Shown: positions 1 through 12,908, numbered from the stretch's first letter. The stretch is 64,000 bases of DNA from a bacterium (GCA_016699105.1 CP064960.1:1074715-1138714); one strand, 5' to 3'. Numbers and translations: made by a program. Notes: generated by a model not told the origin, from the sequence alone.

Positions 1-690
1 CGGCGCAGATTTGAAATATTTGGATAAATCGGTCGCTAAAACTATTTCGGGTTTAACCACGTTATCCGAGTGGTATTTGACGCTGGAAGTGGTGCATTTA
101 TTTGAGCGGACTATTGTCGGTGGAGCTGTCGAAAACCGGCCGCCACCATAGGCAGAGCTATTACCTCGGTTATCTGTACTAACGATTCGGTAATAATAGT
201 TGGTTGAGGGCTCTAAGTTTGACAAGTTTAGGCTATGACTGGTGGAAAGTGTCGACATCCGCTGCTGAAAACCCATAGCGGGAGTGACACCATACTGAAC
301 ATAGGTTGACGTAGGCTTGTCCGTTAACCACTCCAGGCGTATTTTCGTGGGGTCAGCTGATAATAAATGAGCTGAGACGCCAGTGATTTGGGGTGGTATA
401 GCGCCAGATGGGGCTAAAGCTGGTATCGCCGCCGCAGCTGATCGGATCATTACCATCAGGATCTGGAGACAAAATCATAATATGCCGATTCGCCGGTGCT
501 GGATATCCAGCCCAGAACACGTTAACCGGATAGTCAAAGTAGCCCCTTCAGAAATCACCCCTAGCCAAAAGTGGCAGAACTCGGATGTAAGGTCTGTAGC
601 TGAAAATTCATCTGAGTTGGCGTCGCTGAGGGCGATGGCTCCTTCGGGACGTACTACTTGAACCCATTGAACATCTAAGACCTTCGAAAG
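1..690 (-). pseudogene. FN3-domain surface protein fragment, 3' end beyond the window, interrupted by stops and frameshifts
   Basis: Minus-strand translation of ~130-390 reads ...LEWLTDKPTSTYVQYGV...LSNLEPSTNYYYRIVSTDN..., matching the fibronectin-III pattern W..T...YG...L.L.P.T.YYYR. No single long ORF is present in the ORF track. Confidence 0.3.
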
Positions 691-982
691 TATAAAAGTG
701 AAATCTGTTGCCGCTTGGTCTGAAAGGAGGTCATGGGGTCAAGCTATACTGTACAGTACAACTAGCTGCGTTGGCAGTTGTAATGGCGCTCCGTTTAGAG
801 CTGACAATCAATAACAATGAACGCTGCCGCCATGCTTAATATGTGACTGAACTTATTCATAATTGGCTTTAAGCATAACATAATTTACTTTTATTGTACG
901 CCGTATCGATGTTCGGGTGCAATGATGGTCACTTGCAGATAATTGAAGCCTGCAAAATAGTCACTATGACACTCAAGATGAA

Positions 983-1899
983 TTGTTGGTCTGGCAGCTT
1001 TCGAAGAAACTAGCTATTAGTCTGATGGTATTGGTCGGTGTAAACCAACTCCGTCGCCAACTGAGGCGAGTCCTGACCGATTTTCCATTGCTTTCAAAAG
1101 GATATTCGCCGAGGATCAGAATGATATGCTTTTTAATTTCATCCCGTTGCGTCGTCAACAGAGGCAAAGTTCAGCGCTCTGATAGCAGATAAGACTTATA
1201 GTTTTTATTTTGAATATTTACAGAGTGGTACTTCCATCCGGATTTGACGACAGAGAATTGATTGCCGCTTCGCTGATCAAAGTTCCACTCGTCATGAATC
1301 TCTACAAAGCTGCTGAACTGCGCCGGGTCAATCTGGAACAAGTAATAACTATCCAAGAATCACAGCTCGATCACTCATACGGTGAACTGTGGCAGCGGGG
1401 CGCCGGCACAACGTTAACTTTACGTGAACTCGCTAAACTAACGCTCGCTGAATCGGATAATACGGCATCCCGAGCGATATTTGACCAGATCCAATCAAAG
1501 TTATCCGAAAATGAACAATCGCTAGCTCAGCTTGATATCGATCAGAACACGTATGATGGCCAGGCCGTTATCAATGCCCGATCATACTCGTCAGTTCTAA
1601 AAAGTTTGTATTTATCCTCATATCTGAATCGGGATCATTCATCAGAGTTACTTAATTTTTTAACACAATCAAATGAGAATACCCGCCTGACTAAACTACT
1701 ACCTAGCGATTTAGCGGTTGCACATAAAAATGGGGTTTACAATCGAGAATGGTCCGAAAGTGATTGTGGTATTGTGTATGCCAAAGCCCGGCCGTATTCG
1801 GTGTGTATCATGGTTGGATTACCTGACGATCAAGCTGGGCTGTTCATGGCCGAAACGTCGAAGCTGATTTTCGACTACGTCACAAGTTACCAGCGTTAG
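983..1899 (+). pseudogene. Class A beta-lactamase-like serine hydrolase, frameshifted (ORFs 983..1192 and 1210..1899)
   Basis: SLIK (SxxK), ESDN (SDN) and AHKNG (KTG-like) motifs. It is a paralog of 6169..7053. The shared 5' DNA motif agtttttattttgaata is present, and an in-frame stop and indels separate it from the upstream ORF. Confidence 0.5.
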
Positions 1900-4800
1900 T
1901 TGACCCGTCGCCAGTTGAGGGTGGCACCTGTCTTGACTATCGGGAAGGCCACGGCGGTGCTAGTATTTTGAGCAAATTGGAATTGCAGCGTGCTGGCAGA
2001 TCCGCCATTTACTACGACACCTTTGACTTGAATCATACCGCTGGCACTGTTACCGGCCGTTTTAGCACAGGTTTGGCCGCTTGTTATGATATTGCATAGT
2101 ATGACTGCTGTAGCCGAAGAATATGCACTGTTCATGATTGAAATAGTTGTGGCACCTGTGGCGGTAAAGGTGTATTTCATGTCGGCGGTGACATTGGAAT
2201 CATTGATAGGAATCATGGCATCGAATTCATAGGTACCGTTGGCCACCATTGGGAAGAATAACACGCTGTCATTCTGGAAAGTAATATTACTTGATGTTGC
2301 TACCTGGTTTGTAGTCCTGACTTTTGAATAAGGCCCGTCAAGACAATCTTTCCAGGCACTGCCTTCGAAACAGCGGAATTTATTATTCGTTGAGGTTATC
2401 AAGTAAGAAGCACCATTTGTTCCAGACGGGTCAGCCGTACTCACGGAAGCCAAAACGAACAATGATCCTCGTGGAGTCGACTGCCCGACGAGCCAAGATG
2501 GCCAGTTCCGGCGTAGGAAGATGACCGGTGGTAGGCACCGTTGCCGGTACCCGATAGTGATGGTTTTGGCATTGGCGGCCCGGTTCCAATATTGAGGGGC
2601 TGCCGGAATTAGAATCACCAGTTAGGGCAGCTGCCGAGGTTGGGCCGACAAAACCGACGCAAAAAAGCCGGAGGTGGCTGAGTCGATAGAGTTGGTGGTG
2701 CCCGGGAAAAGGCCAGCATTAATGGTAGTTACACCCAAATTGTTCAAGGTAGTGCTGGCACCGCCACTTCCACAGCTACCCCAAACGGGAGCTGTGCTGT
2801 AACACCACCAGAGATCAAACATGATCCACTAGCGACCGATGGCGATGGCGGTGGTGGCAGTGGTATCGGTCGTACAGAAGATCATCGACGTTGCCAGTGA
2901 AGAGGTTTTGCCAGACGAGGGCGGCCGAGCCCAGACTGCGCGTGTTGTTAGCGGCGACAGTGGTGGCGGTACCTAGGGTACGAGTATTGATGGAGCCAGA
3001 ACAAACGGGACGACTCCGGTTGAAATGAGATTGGTGGCAGCTCGGGCCGACAAAAGCGCCAGCGACGGCAAAGGTGTTGAGGCCGGTGCCACTGGTGGTC
3101 GAAACCAACAGCTCGTGGTTATGCCAGGCAGTTGAGGAAAACTCCAGAAGGAATACTAAACCGTTGATCGATTGGTACGACCGAGCGGTGATAGCAGCCC
3201 CTGGTGGTCCCCCATCAACACTGACAGCGGTGGTAGTTGGTACCGGCGTCGACGTTGCCAGTGTCGAGGTTTTGCCAGTCGAGAGATCCGATGGTCAGAC
3301 TACGCGTTTTGAATGTTGGCGCTAGGTAGTAAAGCGGCATTGATACTGGTAGTATCCAAGGTTGTCGAGCTGCTAGTGGTGGCTCCCCGCCGCCGACCCC
3401 GAATACGTTCCCAATGTAATGGGCCGTGCTGACGCCGGCCGAAATGAGACAGAAGCCAGAGCCACCGCCGCCCGGCCTCCAGATGTGAGGTTGAACCAGC
3501 ATACAAGAGATCACCGACGGCGCAGGTGGAATTACCAGTGCCAGTTTAGGCAGCACCGACGGTCGATTTGACCGGTGCCACCTGAAACATTGCCCGTAAT
3601 AGATAATGTTCCCGGAATAGTGACGGTGTTGTTCCACCCGATCCAAGATTCAAAGCTGTGACGTTGCAACAATAGGTTGAAGGTCGAAAGATCGGAATCG
3701 ATGCCGTCTTCGTTATAAAAAGTGGTGCCATTACCGGTACCAACTCCGGAGATGAAGTAGCCGCGGCCATAGCGGTTGGCCAGGGTCGGTGAGCTGACGT
3801 CGGTGCCACCGATTTCAGGAACGTGGTGCTCAACGACGGGCGGGCAGTTGCCCACGTCAGCGCAGGTGTAATCGTCAAGACGTTGCCAACAATGTTCGTG
3901 ATTTTAGAATAATAACGTTGTAGGTCCACCAGTACTGACAAGCCGCCGTATTTGCGAGTTGAATGTAATTGCCAATATTAAAGTTGGCGGAACTGGTCAC
4001 TGTCATGCTGGTCGAATTGGTGCCAGTGCCATTTGTGGTAGTAGAGCCATCGAGCTGGGTCATACCGGCAGTCTGATCGCCGAAATTGTTGACTTTGTAC
4101 TTGGTGGCGCCATTCACCTGCAAATTCAAGAAATCACCCGAGAAGCTGGCCGGATTGGCACCAATAAATGTACCACTAGCCGAGCCACCGGCGATGGCGG
4201 CATCAAGCTCAACCAGGGCAACGGTGGCTGAAGCGGTCGGTGTTGCGGCAAGTTTGAGATTTCCACTGGTATCGACTCTGAGTTGTTCGGTACCGTTCGT
4301 CAGAAGGACCACATCTTGACTCGTCGTTGTCCCAAATTGGAGGGCTGCGGATGCGGTATTGCCGCCTTCAATGAGGGCCTGGAATGGATTATTGGTGCCG
4401 CTGGCACGGATCGCCATTAGTGAGCTGCCTTGCCGAAAAAATGGTAGCTGTTGCACTAGAGACATTGGGTGCCCAATCAAGTGATACTGTGCCCGGGTTG
4501 GTAGGATTCGTGATGGTACCAACTAGTTCAATTCCATCATTGAGCGGACCGGCTGTGGATATGACTTGGCAACACTTACGTTACAGTTATTGTTTGATAC
4601 CGAAACTGCATCTTCATAATCATTAACTGTCCATTTACAGGTTGCTCCCGCTGGAGCATTAATCCGAAATTTAATATCTGGAGCTGATGCGACGCTCGCT
4701 TGAACAAAATAACGAAATGCCCAATCTTCTCCAGCACCGACATCGAAATTTAAATCAGATTCAGTCGTAAACGTAGTGGTACTTGCGAGAGACGTATCGG

Positions 4801-6063
4801 CTGAAGTCTTACTCTTGGCGATAGTCGGCGTAGTCTGCACTAGGCCGCCGTTGGTCAAAGACAGCCAATTCGAGCCATCGTAGCCTTCAAAGTCGCTCCC
4901 ATTCCAGCGAATTGTACCAGTATTTGTACCTGCTGATGTCCCAATACGGAGTGCACCGGCTACGTCTAATGCTTCACTTGGACCGGCTGTACCGATGCCC
5001 ACACGGTTATTTTGAGTATCGACATTAAATGTTGGTGTACTGGTACCATCTGGTATGACTTGGAAAGCAGTTGTTGAATTAAAACTTGTGCCGGATTTAA
5101 TAATTACATTCTTGGCCGACGAACTGGTCGTAATTTGGGCAGGACTCGCCGAATTATCGTAGACGTCTTGAAGTGTGGCGGCCGTTGAACAAGCAGCAAA
5201 TCCCAGTACTCCGGCACCGGTGGTGTCCTTCAGACAATCGCCGGCAGTCGTTAATGCAGTGGGCAATGTTAATGCAAACGTGCTAGCAGTGGCACCACTC
5301 TGAAGAGTCAACGTATTGGCATTGGTGGCGTTGTTAAACAATACAGCACCAGTATTACCAGCTGGGCCAGCAGTGCCTAACGTGAGAGTGCTAGCGCCGG
5401 TAAAGGTTGCGCTAGCTCCCTGAACAGTACCAGTTGCTTGCAAGTTTCCGCCAGCAAGTAGATCACCAGATATGTCAATGTCTCCTGCTTGCGTTGCACC
5501 TGGAGTGAGCTGGACAAAAGCATCAGAATCGAGTCCATCAAGGGTGTCGGCTTGCATAGCATAGGGCGAGCTAGCAACCCGGCGCCGGGGGTCATGGGGC
5601 CTTCCGTAAAGACAGCACAACCATTGGTAGCACAGGTGGCAGTGGCCGGCGTTGGAAGTTCGACTTCAAGATAAAGGTTGGCGTACGTTTGGGTGTTGAA
5701 GAGACTGGGACTGAGAGCTGGGTCGCCTTTCGTTGCGTCCCAAACTGGACATTGAATAATCCATTCGTGACTGTCACTCGGTAGTCGGAGGCGCCATAGA
5801 CCCGGCTACCTTGCCAACGATTCGTACCCCCGGTAAGTGCATCGTAGAGCGTAAACCTGATGTTGTAGTCACCGTTGGCAACCGTAGTACCAGCTGTATT
5901 GGTGAGGCGGCCCTGGAAGTTGATTAGATATGGAACCGTCTGTGCAGATTGCGCTTCTGGCGCTTGGGTCATTTGTAGACACAGCAAATAAGGCTGTGAG
6001 AATTAGACCGGTGATTGTCAGGGCTGATTGAACCCGGACTTTCAGATGTCTGCGTAACGCCAT
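1896..6063 (-). pseudogene. Giant secreted Thr/Ser/Gly/Asn-rich fibre/adhesin-like protein (~1380 aa) split into at least 8 overlapping ORFs
   Basis: The contiguous minus-strand ORFs 5869..6063 (signal peptide MALRRHLKVRVQSALTITGLILTALFA), 5592..5987, 4523..5620, 3875..4522, 3546..3941, 3215..3646, 2815..3108, 2622..2822 and 1896..2618 overlap end to end. Low-complexity G/T/S/N-rich repeats such as QNL(F/D)TGNVD recur through them. Confidence 0.45.
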
Positions 6064-6168
6064 TCACAACCTTGGTTTTACATAGGTAATTTACCATATT
6101 GCTTATGTTGTAAGCAATACACTGTCGAGATGATTTTCGAGATATGTTTTGTGGTAATGTAATTAAGC

Positions 6169-7053
6169 ATGAAGTTATCGAACACATATCTGTATATAGG
6201 AGTAGCCGTAGTGTGTGCCGGAATTGCTGGTTTTGCAATCGGCACTAACAGTCAAAAATCTCAAGCTACTCCGATAGATCAAATACGCTACCCTTTGCTG
6301 GCTAAACGCATCCTCATTGACAATCCGAATGATGCGATCGTGAAATTCGTGCCGTTACGCAAAGAAATCGAACGGCGGTTTCAGGAACTTCAGGTGCCAT
6401 TTAGTTTTTATTTTGAATACTTGCCAACAGGTACATCGATTCGCAATGGAGACGACGTAGCGTTGGTTGGCGCATCATTATTTAAGCTACCTATCGTCAT
6501 GGACTTATATAAAGCTGCCGAATTGGGCAAGCCTCAATATTGATGAGCAAGTGGTAGTCGAAGCCGAGATGCTCAATGACGACTATGGAAAGTTATTCCA
6601 AAAAGGTGCCGGATATAAACTGTCATTGCGTGAGGCAGCTGCCTTCACACTGGAGGAGTCCGACAATACCGCCATTAACGTGATCGAAAATCCCTGTATG
6701 GCAAATTACAACCCGAGGAAGGCAGTATGGCAGCCGTTGATGCCGACTTTAATACAGTCGATAATGCGGTCGTTATAAATTCTAAATCTTATGCATCAAT
6801 TCTGAAGTGCCTCTATTTTGCCTGTTTTAATAATTTCGCAGACTCTCAAGAGATTCTGCAGCATCTGACAAATGCAAAGAGTCCGGGAAGATTAACGGAT
6901 GGCGTGCCAGACAGTACTTTGCCGGTGGCACATAAATTTGGAACCAGTTTAAAAATATCACTGATTCGGATTGTGGGATTTTTATGTACCCAATCGGCCG
7001 TATATCGTTTGTGTCATGGTCAAACTGCCAGCAGAAGAAGCCAGCAAATTTGA
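6169..7053 (+). pseudogene. Class A beta-lactamase-like serine hydrolase with N-terminal TM segment, split into 3 ORFs
   Basis: ORFs 6169..6543, 6467..6778 and 6727..7053 read in series. SLFK (SxxK), ESDN and AHKFG motifs are present, along with an N-terminal hydrophobic segment. It is a paralog of 983..1899. Confidence 0.5.
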
Positions 7054-7193
7054 TGCCGAGCTATCGCGCATAATCTATAACGCGGTCGTCAACCAAGAAT
7101 CTAACTAAATTACTCGGCAGGGCTTCGTCGTTGGCCGGCTGGCGCTGGGACCGTATTGAGAATGGCGGCGGCGCTGACGCCAGCGGCGGAAGA

Positions 7194-8088
7194 TCAAATG
7201 AGTACTTGTCGCCCATTATAAGCTAGAATGAATGATCTTTGACGGCGTATAGGGCGAGCCAGCGGAACTCCAGCAGTAGCCAGTATGGCGCGTGGAAAGC
7301 GAGAATTACCTACCCAGTTGGTAGTGATGCGAGCCGGTGTCAGTATCGGTGATGGTGACCGGTGGCATGAAGGGACCCAAGTAAGAACCATTGAGATTGA
7401 AACTAAATTGTCGTTGACTACCGGGTAGGACAAAGCCATTTTCGAGCGTGTGCTTTTACCCCAGGGGTGATTTGGGCGACAAATTGTGGTTTGAATCCAA
7501 CGGGTTGGGCAGTGCGGTCGGTGTTAGTGAAGGCAAAGGTACCGCTCAAGCCGGGTGTGTACTGCCAAACTTTGAGTTTGAGATCATGCACGAGCCCCTG
7601 ATGAGTACTGCCTTCGCCGTTAGTCAGGAGGAGTAAGGTACCGACATTGGCGACTTCGGCGATATAAGAGTGACTGTTTGATTCTTGGGGCGCTGCGGTC
7701 TGGAAAAATACGGCTGCATAGATACCGCCCTTGGGTAATTTGGCGGCATCAACACTGAAGACCACCCGGACGGCTTCGCGGGGTCCGAGCCGAATTCGGT
7801 TAGTCCTGGTTGGATAGCGGCAGTCAGGATGGGGTCATCGAAAATTCGAGTTGACCATCGATGCCCGTTTGGCGAAAGCCCCGGACTGATGATTTGATCA
7901 AAATGGAGGTGCCGGTGGGATTGGCGACATCGACATAACCTGTAGAAACTTTGCCGCCGTCCAACGCCGCTTCGTATTGCAGGGGCAATTTGGAGACTCG
8001 TGGTACTGGCGAGGGCAGTTGGCGAGCCGATGATAGCCAGCGCCACGAGACCGACCAAGCCGGCGATAAAACGGACGAGGTACTTCAC
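7194..8088 (-). CDS. Secreted cell-surface protein, paralog of 9516..10472, fragmented into 3 ORFs
   Basis: 7624..8088 starts with a signal peptide MKYLVRFIAGLVGLVALAIIGSPTALA. 7418..7765 contains GGIYAAVFFQT, which resembles GGRYGSIVFST in 9753..10472. Confidence 0.4.
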
Positions 8089-9410
8089 GGCTTGGCCGTC
8101 GCCGAGTAGATGATGGTAGTTTTGTACAAGCCTTGTTTTTGGGTACTCAAGGTATCGGCGCGGTATTGGATAGTGGTAACCTCAGCCACTCCCCCATTTT
8201 CGCCGGTACGGGTATGGTAGAGCTCACTGGTCGATGGAATGGCGGCATACATGTAATTGGGGTTGGTGCCCCAGGCGCCAGACAATTGAGTACCAGCCGT
8301 GAGCGTGAAACCGACACCCTTGGTTGTGCCTTCACTCCACGCGGCCGGGCTGGAAATAGAACTGGAAATGTCGGGAATCGTCGTGGTAGTGTCGGTGTGC
8401 GTGAGGGGGGCGGTTTTATTCATATAGAGGTCATACCCGGGGGCTTCAGTGCGCACAATAGCGTCGGCTAAGTACGTTTGCGAGGTACCGGGGACAATGT
8501 CGGGCAGCGTAAAGGCGTTTTGGAGACTGGCAAATCCTGCCAGGTAGTCATTATTTATTTCTTGATCGGTCAATTGACGATTGTAAACGCGGGCTTCGTC
8601 GATGGTAGCAGCTAAATAACTGGAGGTTGGAGCGCTGGGCCAGCCTGACAGATTGTCGTAACCTGCACGCCAATAGCCCGTGTAGTTGGCGGCCGTTGTA
8701 ATACCGAGATTGGTGCCTTGGCGGACACCATCAACATTGAGTAGCAGTCCGCCCGCTCCGAGGCTGGCAGCCACATGGTGCCAGGAGCCATCATTGTAGG
8801 TGGCGGCGGTTGCGACCGTTTGTTGACCACTGGAACTAACTCCCCAGATAATGTGGCCAGCGTTATCGAGGTATAAATGGCGGTCGAGCGTGCCACTAGC
8901 ACCAGTAGCAGTGCTGCCAAAGCCCATGAGTCGCCCCCCATTGCCAGTCGTTGATTTGAACCAGATTTCGATAGTAAATATCTGCGGAGCGGCACCCGAT
9001 ATAGATGTGGACAGATATTGGCTCGAGCCATTGAGTAAGACACCCTGGTTGACAATGCCAGTGGCCCACGTCGGCGCGCCCTGGAGGACGCCATCATTGC
9101 CCGTGAGTGAGTTGTCATAGGCGGCGGTACCACTACCGGTATCCAGCGACCAGTCGGCGACAGTGCCGCTGGGTAAAACCGACAATTGGATCGACTGAGG
9201 TAATTGCGCATTGTAGCCGCCACCGAGCATGAAGCTTTGACTGGCGCCGGCGCCCACTATGGGTTCACCGCCGGTAGCAGACAAACTATAACTGGTCGAA
9301 CTGCCGGCACCACCAAAACTGGCCGCCACATTGGGATCAAGCCGGAAATTGGAGCTTTGCATGAGGTCGGCGGCGGCCGGGCGCGATCCTGCCGCTAGCA
9401 CGACCGACAA
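8085..9410 (-). CDS. Secreted LamG/concanavalin-A-like lectin domain protein
   Basis: 441-aa ORF with an N-terminal signal-like region. The LamG-like block reads NGSSQYL...FTIEIWFK...GGRLMGFG...HLYLDNAGHIIWGV...YNDGSWHHVAA...LLLNVDG...YWRAGYDNL. Confidence 0.6.
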   Translation of the reverse strand: MSVVLAAGSRPAAADLMQSSNFRLDPNVAASFGGAGSSTSYSLSATGGEPIVGAGASQSFMLGGGYNAQLPQSIQLSVLPSGTVADWSLDTGSGTAAYDNSLTGNDGVLQGAPTWATGIVNQGVLLNGSSQYLSTSISGAAPQIFTIEIWFKSTTGNGGRLMGFGSTATGASGTLDRHLYLDNAGHIIWGVSSSGQQTVATAATYNDGSWHHVAASLGAGGLLLNVDGVRQGTNLGITTAANYTGYWRAGYDNLSGWPSAPTSSYLAATIDEARVYNRQLTDQEINNDYLAGFASLQNAFTLPDIVPGTSQTYLADAIVRTEAPGYDLYMNKTAPLTHTDTTTTIPDISSSISSPAAWSEGTTKGVGFTLTAGTQLSGAWGTNPNYMYAAIPSTSELYHTRTGENGGVAEVTTIQYRADTLSTQKQGLYKTTIIYSATAKP

Positions 9411-9515
9411 TACGGCATATGAGCGCTCCGCGCCAACTAAAGGGCTGCTGACGTGTTACCAGGCGAGCAGATGATGCCCGTTGTGACCACCGTTTCATAC
9501 TAACTAGTATAGCAA

Positions 9516-10472
9516 AGCTTATTCGCGGCCGGCCAGTATACGCACCGCGCGCGACAAGCGGCGGCGACCTTTCCAAAAGACCAGGAAGAGGATAAGCAAG
9601 ATGACAGCGGCTACAGACAATGGCTTCCACGGTATGACCATAAAAACTCGTGGTCCCAGTAAAGGTTTTGTCTCCGGCGTAGTTAGCTGAGAGCTCGGCG
9701 GTGTATTTGCCGATTAGCCACGGTTGTTTGTCGCCCTGGGGCCACTCGTTGGTTAGACGCCGGGTGGAAGCTGGAATAATGAAGTGCTCGTCGAGGGGAT
9801 TTCGGCGACTTTGAAGCCCAGGAAATTCTTAATCGTAATGGTACCGGTGGGCTTTTCGTGGACATTACCCTGGTTAGAAACGCGGGTATAGAGTTTAACT
9901 GGGCCAGTTTCATAGAAGTTCTTTTCGGGCGCAAAGCTTTCGAGTTTCAGTTCTTCCTTGGCATCGCCATTGATACGCTGAAAGATAACACCAGCCAGGT
10001 TTTGCTGCACAGTAGCACCCGACTGACCGCTAGGAAGCTTAGGTGGAATGGTCGAAAAGACAATGGAGCCATAACGGCCGCCGGGTTCGGCATTCGCGGG
10101 AACTGAGATATTGTACGTTACTTCTTTGGTTGCTCGTGGGCCCACTTCGATAGATCCAGCCGGAATGTTAAACCAAGGCGCTAGTGAATAGAGTGGGTTG
10201 GCATTATCGACGAGTTCGATTTCACCTTCTTCGCCTTTGGCGACAAAGTTTTGCTTGGTGATGTTGAGCGTCAAGCTGGTATCGGTCAGATTCGTGACCT
10301 TCATGGTACCTTTGGACACTGTGCCGGGGTCTCCGGCGTAGTTGGATGTCGGCGGAGAGATCTGGAAACTGGCACTGGTGGCGCCTTGGGCTGTGGACGG
10401 ATTCAACAGCAGCGCCCCCACAAGGGAGGCGGCTGCGGCTAGAATGTGTGTGCGCGAGGTGGAGCGTTTCAA
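9516..10472 (-). CDS. Cell-surface protein with signal peptide and C-terminal TM anchor plus basic tail, frameshifted near 9750
   Basis: ORF 9753..10472 has signal peptide MKRSTSRTHILAAAASLVGALLL. In an alternative minus frame, 9516..9640 encodes ...PLSVAAVILLILFLVFWKGRRRLSRAV..., a TM segment followed by a positively charged tail. Confidence 0.45.
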
Positions 10473-10473
10473 T

Positions 10474-11700
10474 CTAGTATACCGGAGTGCAAGTGTAAAT
10501 TACGGTCGTGTTGTAGGTCCCTGGGTCGGTCAGGGCGGTGATGCCGACTTGGTGAGCTATACGGTAGGTGGTGGAACTTACTCCGACTGACTCGTACCCG
10601 ACTTCAGTGTTGGAGGACGGCATACCAGCGTAGGAGTAAGCGGAGCCGTTGTAATAACGGTTGGCGGTACCGGTGCCGAGGGTCTGGTCGTTGGTAGTAA
10701 ATCCATAGGCTTCAGTGACACCAGCGGCGGGGAAGGTGGTAGGAGCAGCAGTGGTTCCGGTCCAGTCAGCGATGGTCTGACCGGTGCCGTTAGTTGGAGC
10801 GGCCGTATAGCGAGCGAAGATGGTGTAGCCGCCAGTAGCATTGGTTGACGCAGTCAAGTCCTGGCAGACGAGGCCATTAGCTGCTGTTGAAACTGTGCCG
10901 AAGGGTATGGTGGTTCCGGTTGAGGCAGCTGTTGACGTTCCGCCGCCACAAGCCTGTGATCCAGCTACAGCGTTGACTGTGAAGGTAAGTGTCTGGTCGA
11001 CGGTCAGCGATAGTTGTGAACCTTGGGTGAAGATGAAGCCTACAATAGTGTTGTCTACTGGGCTGGTAGCACAGTCGGTGTTGTTATAGGTGTTGAAAAA
11101 GACCCAGTAAGAAGTATTGGCGACGCTGGCGTTAGTGACTCCGGCGATCACGAATGTCGCACCCGTCAAAGTACCTGGAGTGATACCGCCACCACTATTA
11201 ACATAGGTAATTTGATTGGTAGCTGGCGTAGCAGCCCAGTTTGTTGAGGTACTGTTGACAAGGCTCGAAGAAGCAGCTGTCACACTAGCACCAGCGGCCG
11301 TAAAACCATTACCGATAGCAACAGCGCTACTGGGACTAGATGAGAAAACGGCTTTGATGCACTGAATATTACCGCTTGTGACACTCGATACTGTAGTTGT
11401 GTAAGTTACGCTTGTAGCACTGGGTTGAGGGTCGCTCAAAGCTACTCGAGCGTTCGAAAAGGTGGCAGCATGGGCCATACCAGCGGGCAAGAATAGTTGC
11501 GCAGCAACATAACCTAAGGCCATGAGTTTTACGAACAGCGGACGATTTGGTTTGACAACTGGCACGCCCAAGGCAAGGGCCGCACGCTCTAGTCGGTTCA
11601 CGTTTTTATTTCTCCAGCAAGCTTTTAATGTGTACTTGCTAGAAGTGTAACGAATACAACAGGCTCTTGTCAAACCCTTATGCTTCAGATAGGGAGACAT
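10474..11700 (-). CDS. Secreted Thr/Ser-rich surface protein, paralog A
   Basis: 408-aa ORF with a signal peptide ending in AHA. It shares blocks with 11739..12831: SNARVALSDPQP, IQCIKAVF, TTYRIAHQV, TVIYTCTPVY. Confidence 0.55.
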   Translation of the reverse strand: MSPYLKHKGLTRACCIRYTSSKYTLKACWRNKNVNRLERAALALGVPVVKPNRPLFVKLMALGYVAAQLFLPAGMAHAATFSNARVALSDPQPSATSVTYTTTVSSVTSGNIQCIKAVFSSSPSSAVAIGNGFTAAGASVTAASSSLVNSTSTNWAATPATNQITYVNSGGGITPGTLTGATFVIAGVTNASVANTSYWVFFNTYNNTDCATSPVDNTIVGFIFTQGSQLSLTVDQTLTFTVNAVAGSQACGGGTSTAASTGTTIPFGTVSTAANGLVCQDLTASTNATGGYTIFARYTAAPTNGTGQTIADWTGTTAAPTTFPAAGVTEAYGFTTNDQTLGTGTANRYYNGSAYSYAGMPSSNTEVGYESVGVSSTTYRIAHQVGITALTDPGTYNTTVIYTCTPVY

Positions 11701-11738
11701 ATACTTGTGGATATTTGGCCGGAATAGACAGTGGCTAG

Positions 11739-12831
11739 AAGACAGGCGTACAAGTGTAAATGACGGTGGTGGTATAGGTACCAGGTTGGGTCAGGGTCGA
11801 GACACCACTTGGTGACCGACCCGATAGGTCGTGGAGGTCACACCGGCAGCTTCATAACCGACTTCGGCGTTACTGGTAGTCATGGCAGCCCAGAGATTGG
11901 AGTTAAAGCGGCCAGCAGTACCAGTACCTAAAGGTAAAGTCGTTGGTGGTGTAACCGTAAGCTTCAGTGCCAGCGGCGCTAAAGGACGTGGGGTGGTGTT
12001 TGATCCCGTATGAGAGTCAATGGTCTGCGCTAAGGTGTTGGTCGGAGCAGCCGTATAGCGCGTATAGATAGTGTAGCCACCTGTAGCGTTGGTTGCAGCT
12101 GTTAAATCTTGGCAGACAATGGCGTTAGAGGCAGCCGATACTGTACCAAAGGGTATCGTAGTGGCAGTAGACGTACCGGTAGCAGTGGCGCCATTACAGC
12201 TCGCTCCTGAAGATACGGCATTCACTGAAAAGGTCAAGGTGTTGTCAACGGTCAGCGAGAGTGTGGAGCCATTAACCATGATGAATTGGACGATGGTTGA
12301 GTCAACCGGACCAGTGGCACAGTCAGTATTAGAATAGGTGTTAAAGCGTAGGAAATAGGCAGTGTTAGCGGTGCTACCGTTGGTGATGCCGTTAATGCTC
12401 ACCGTGCGAGCCGAACCACTGGCGGGAGTTTCACCACCGGCTAAGGTTAGTTGGAGTGTACCGTTCGTAGTGGCGTTCAGCGTCCAGCTACCAGGTGTTG
12501 GTATATAGTTGGTGCCGCCAGTGTTGACGGTGGCGCCCGTGGTGGTCATGCCGGTTGGTACTGATCCAGCGCTGGGGGCATCGGCATAGACCATTTTAAT
12601 ACAACGAATTAAACCGGGACCGCCAGTGGAAACGCTGGATCCAGTAAACGTATAGTTTACCGACGGCGTGTTGGGGCGCGGGTCAGACAGGGCTACAGAC
12701 GCTGCCGACAAGGTGGCAGCTTGGGCATTAAGCCAGGGCACAAAAAGTCCCCCGACAACTAAAATAGCCGCTATCCACAGGCGCGCTAGAGTAGCACTGC
12801 GAAAACGGCGTGTACGTGAAGAACGGGTCAT
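11739..12831 (-). CDS. Secreted Thr/Ser-rich surface protein, paralog B, with a C-terminal frameshift near 11790
   Basis: 346-aa ORF. The conserved tail GTYTTTVIYTCTPVF is encoded in another frame at 11739..11790. Confidence 0.5.
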
Positions 12832-12908
12832 AAGACTTTCTCAAGCTTTCTGTTTATTTTGGTTTTTTGATGGTTTTGTAAGCCTAATTTGGGGCTTATG
12901 GCTCAAGC

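Noticed and set aside
383-661. 92-aa plus-strand ORF
   Set aside because: The opposite strand shows a clear FN3-like domain. This ORF has no recognisable features and is probably spurious.
10841-12337. Conserved antisense ORFs 10841..11089(+) and 12089..12337(+) (MVDAVKSWQT... / MVAAVKSWQT...)
   Set aside because: They lie opposite the two paralogous surface-protein genes. Their conservation is a by-product of sense-strand conservation, and they have no independent start or RBS context.
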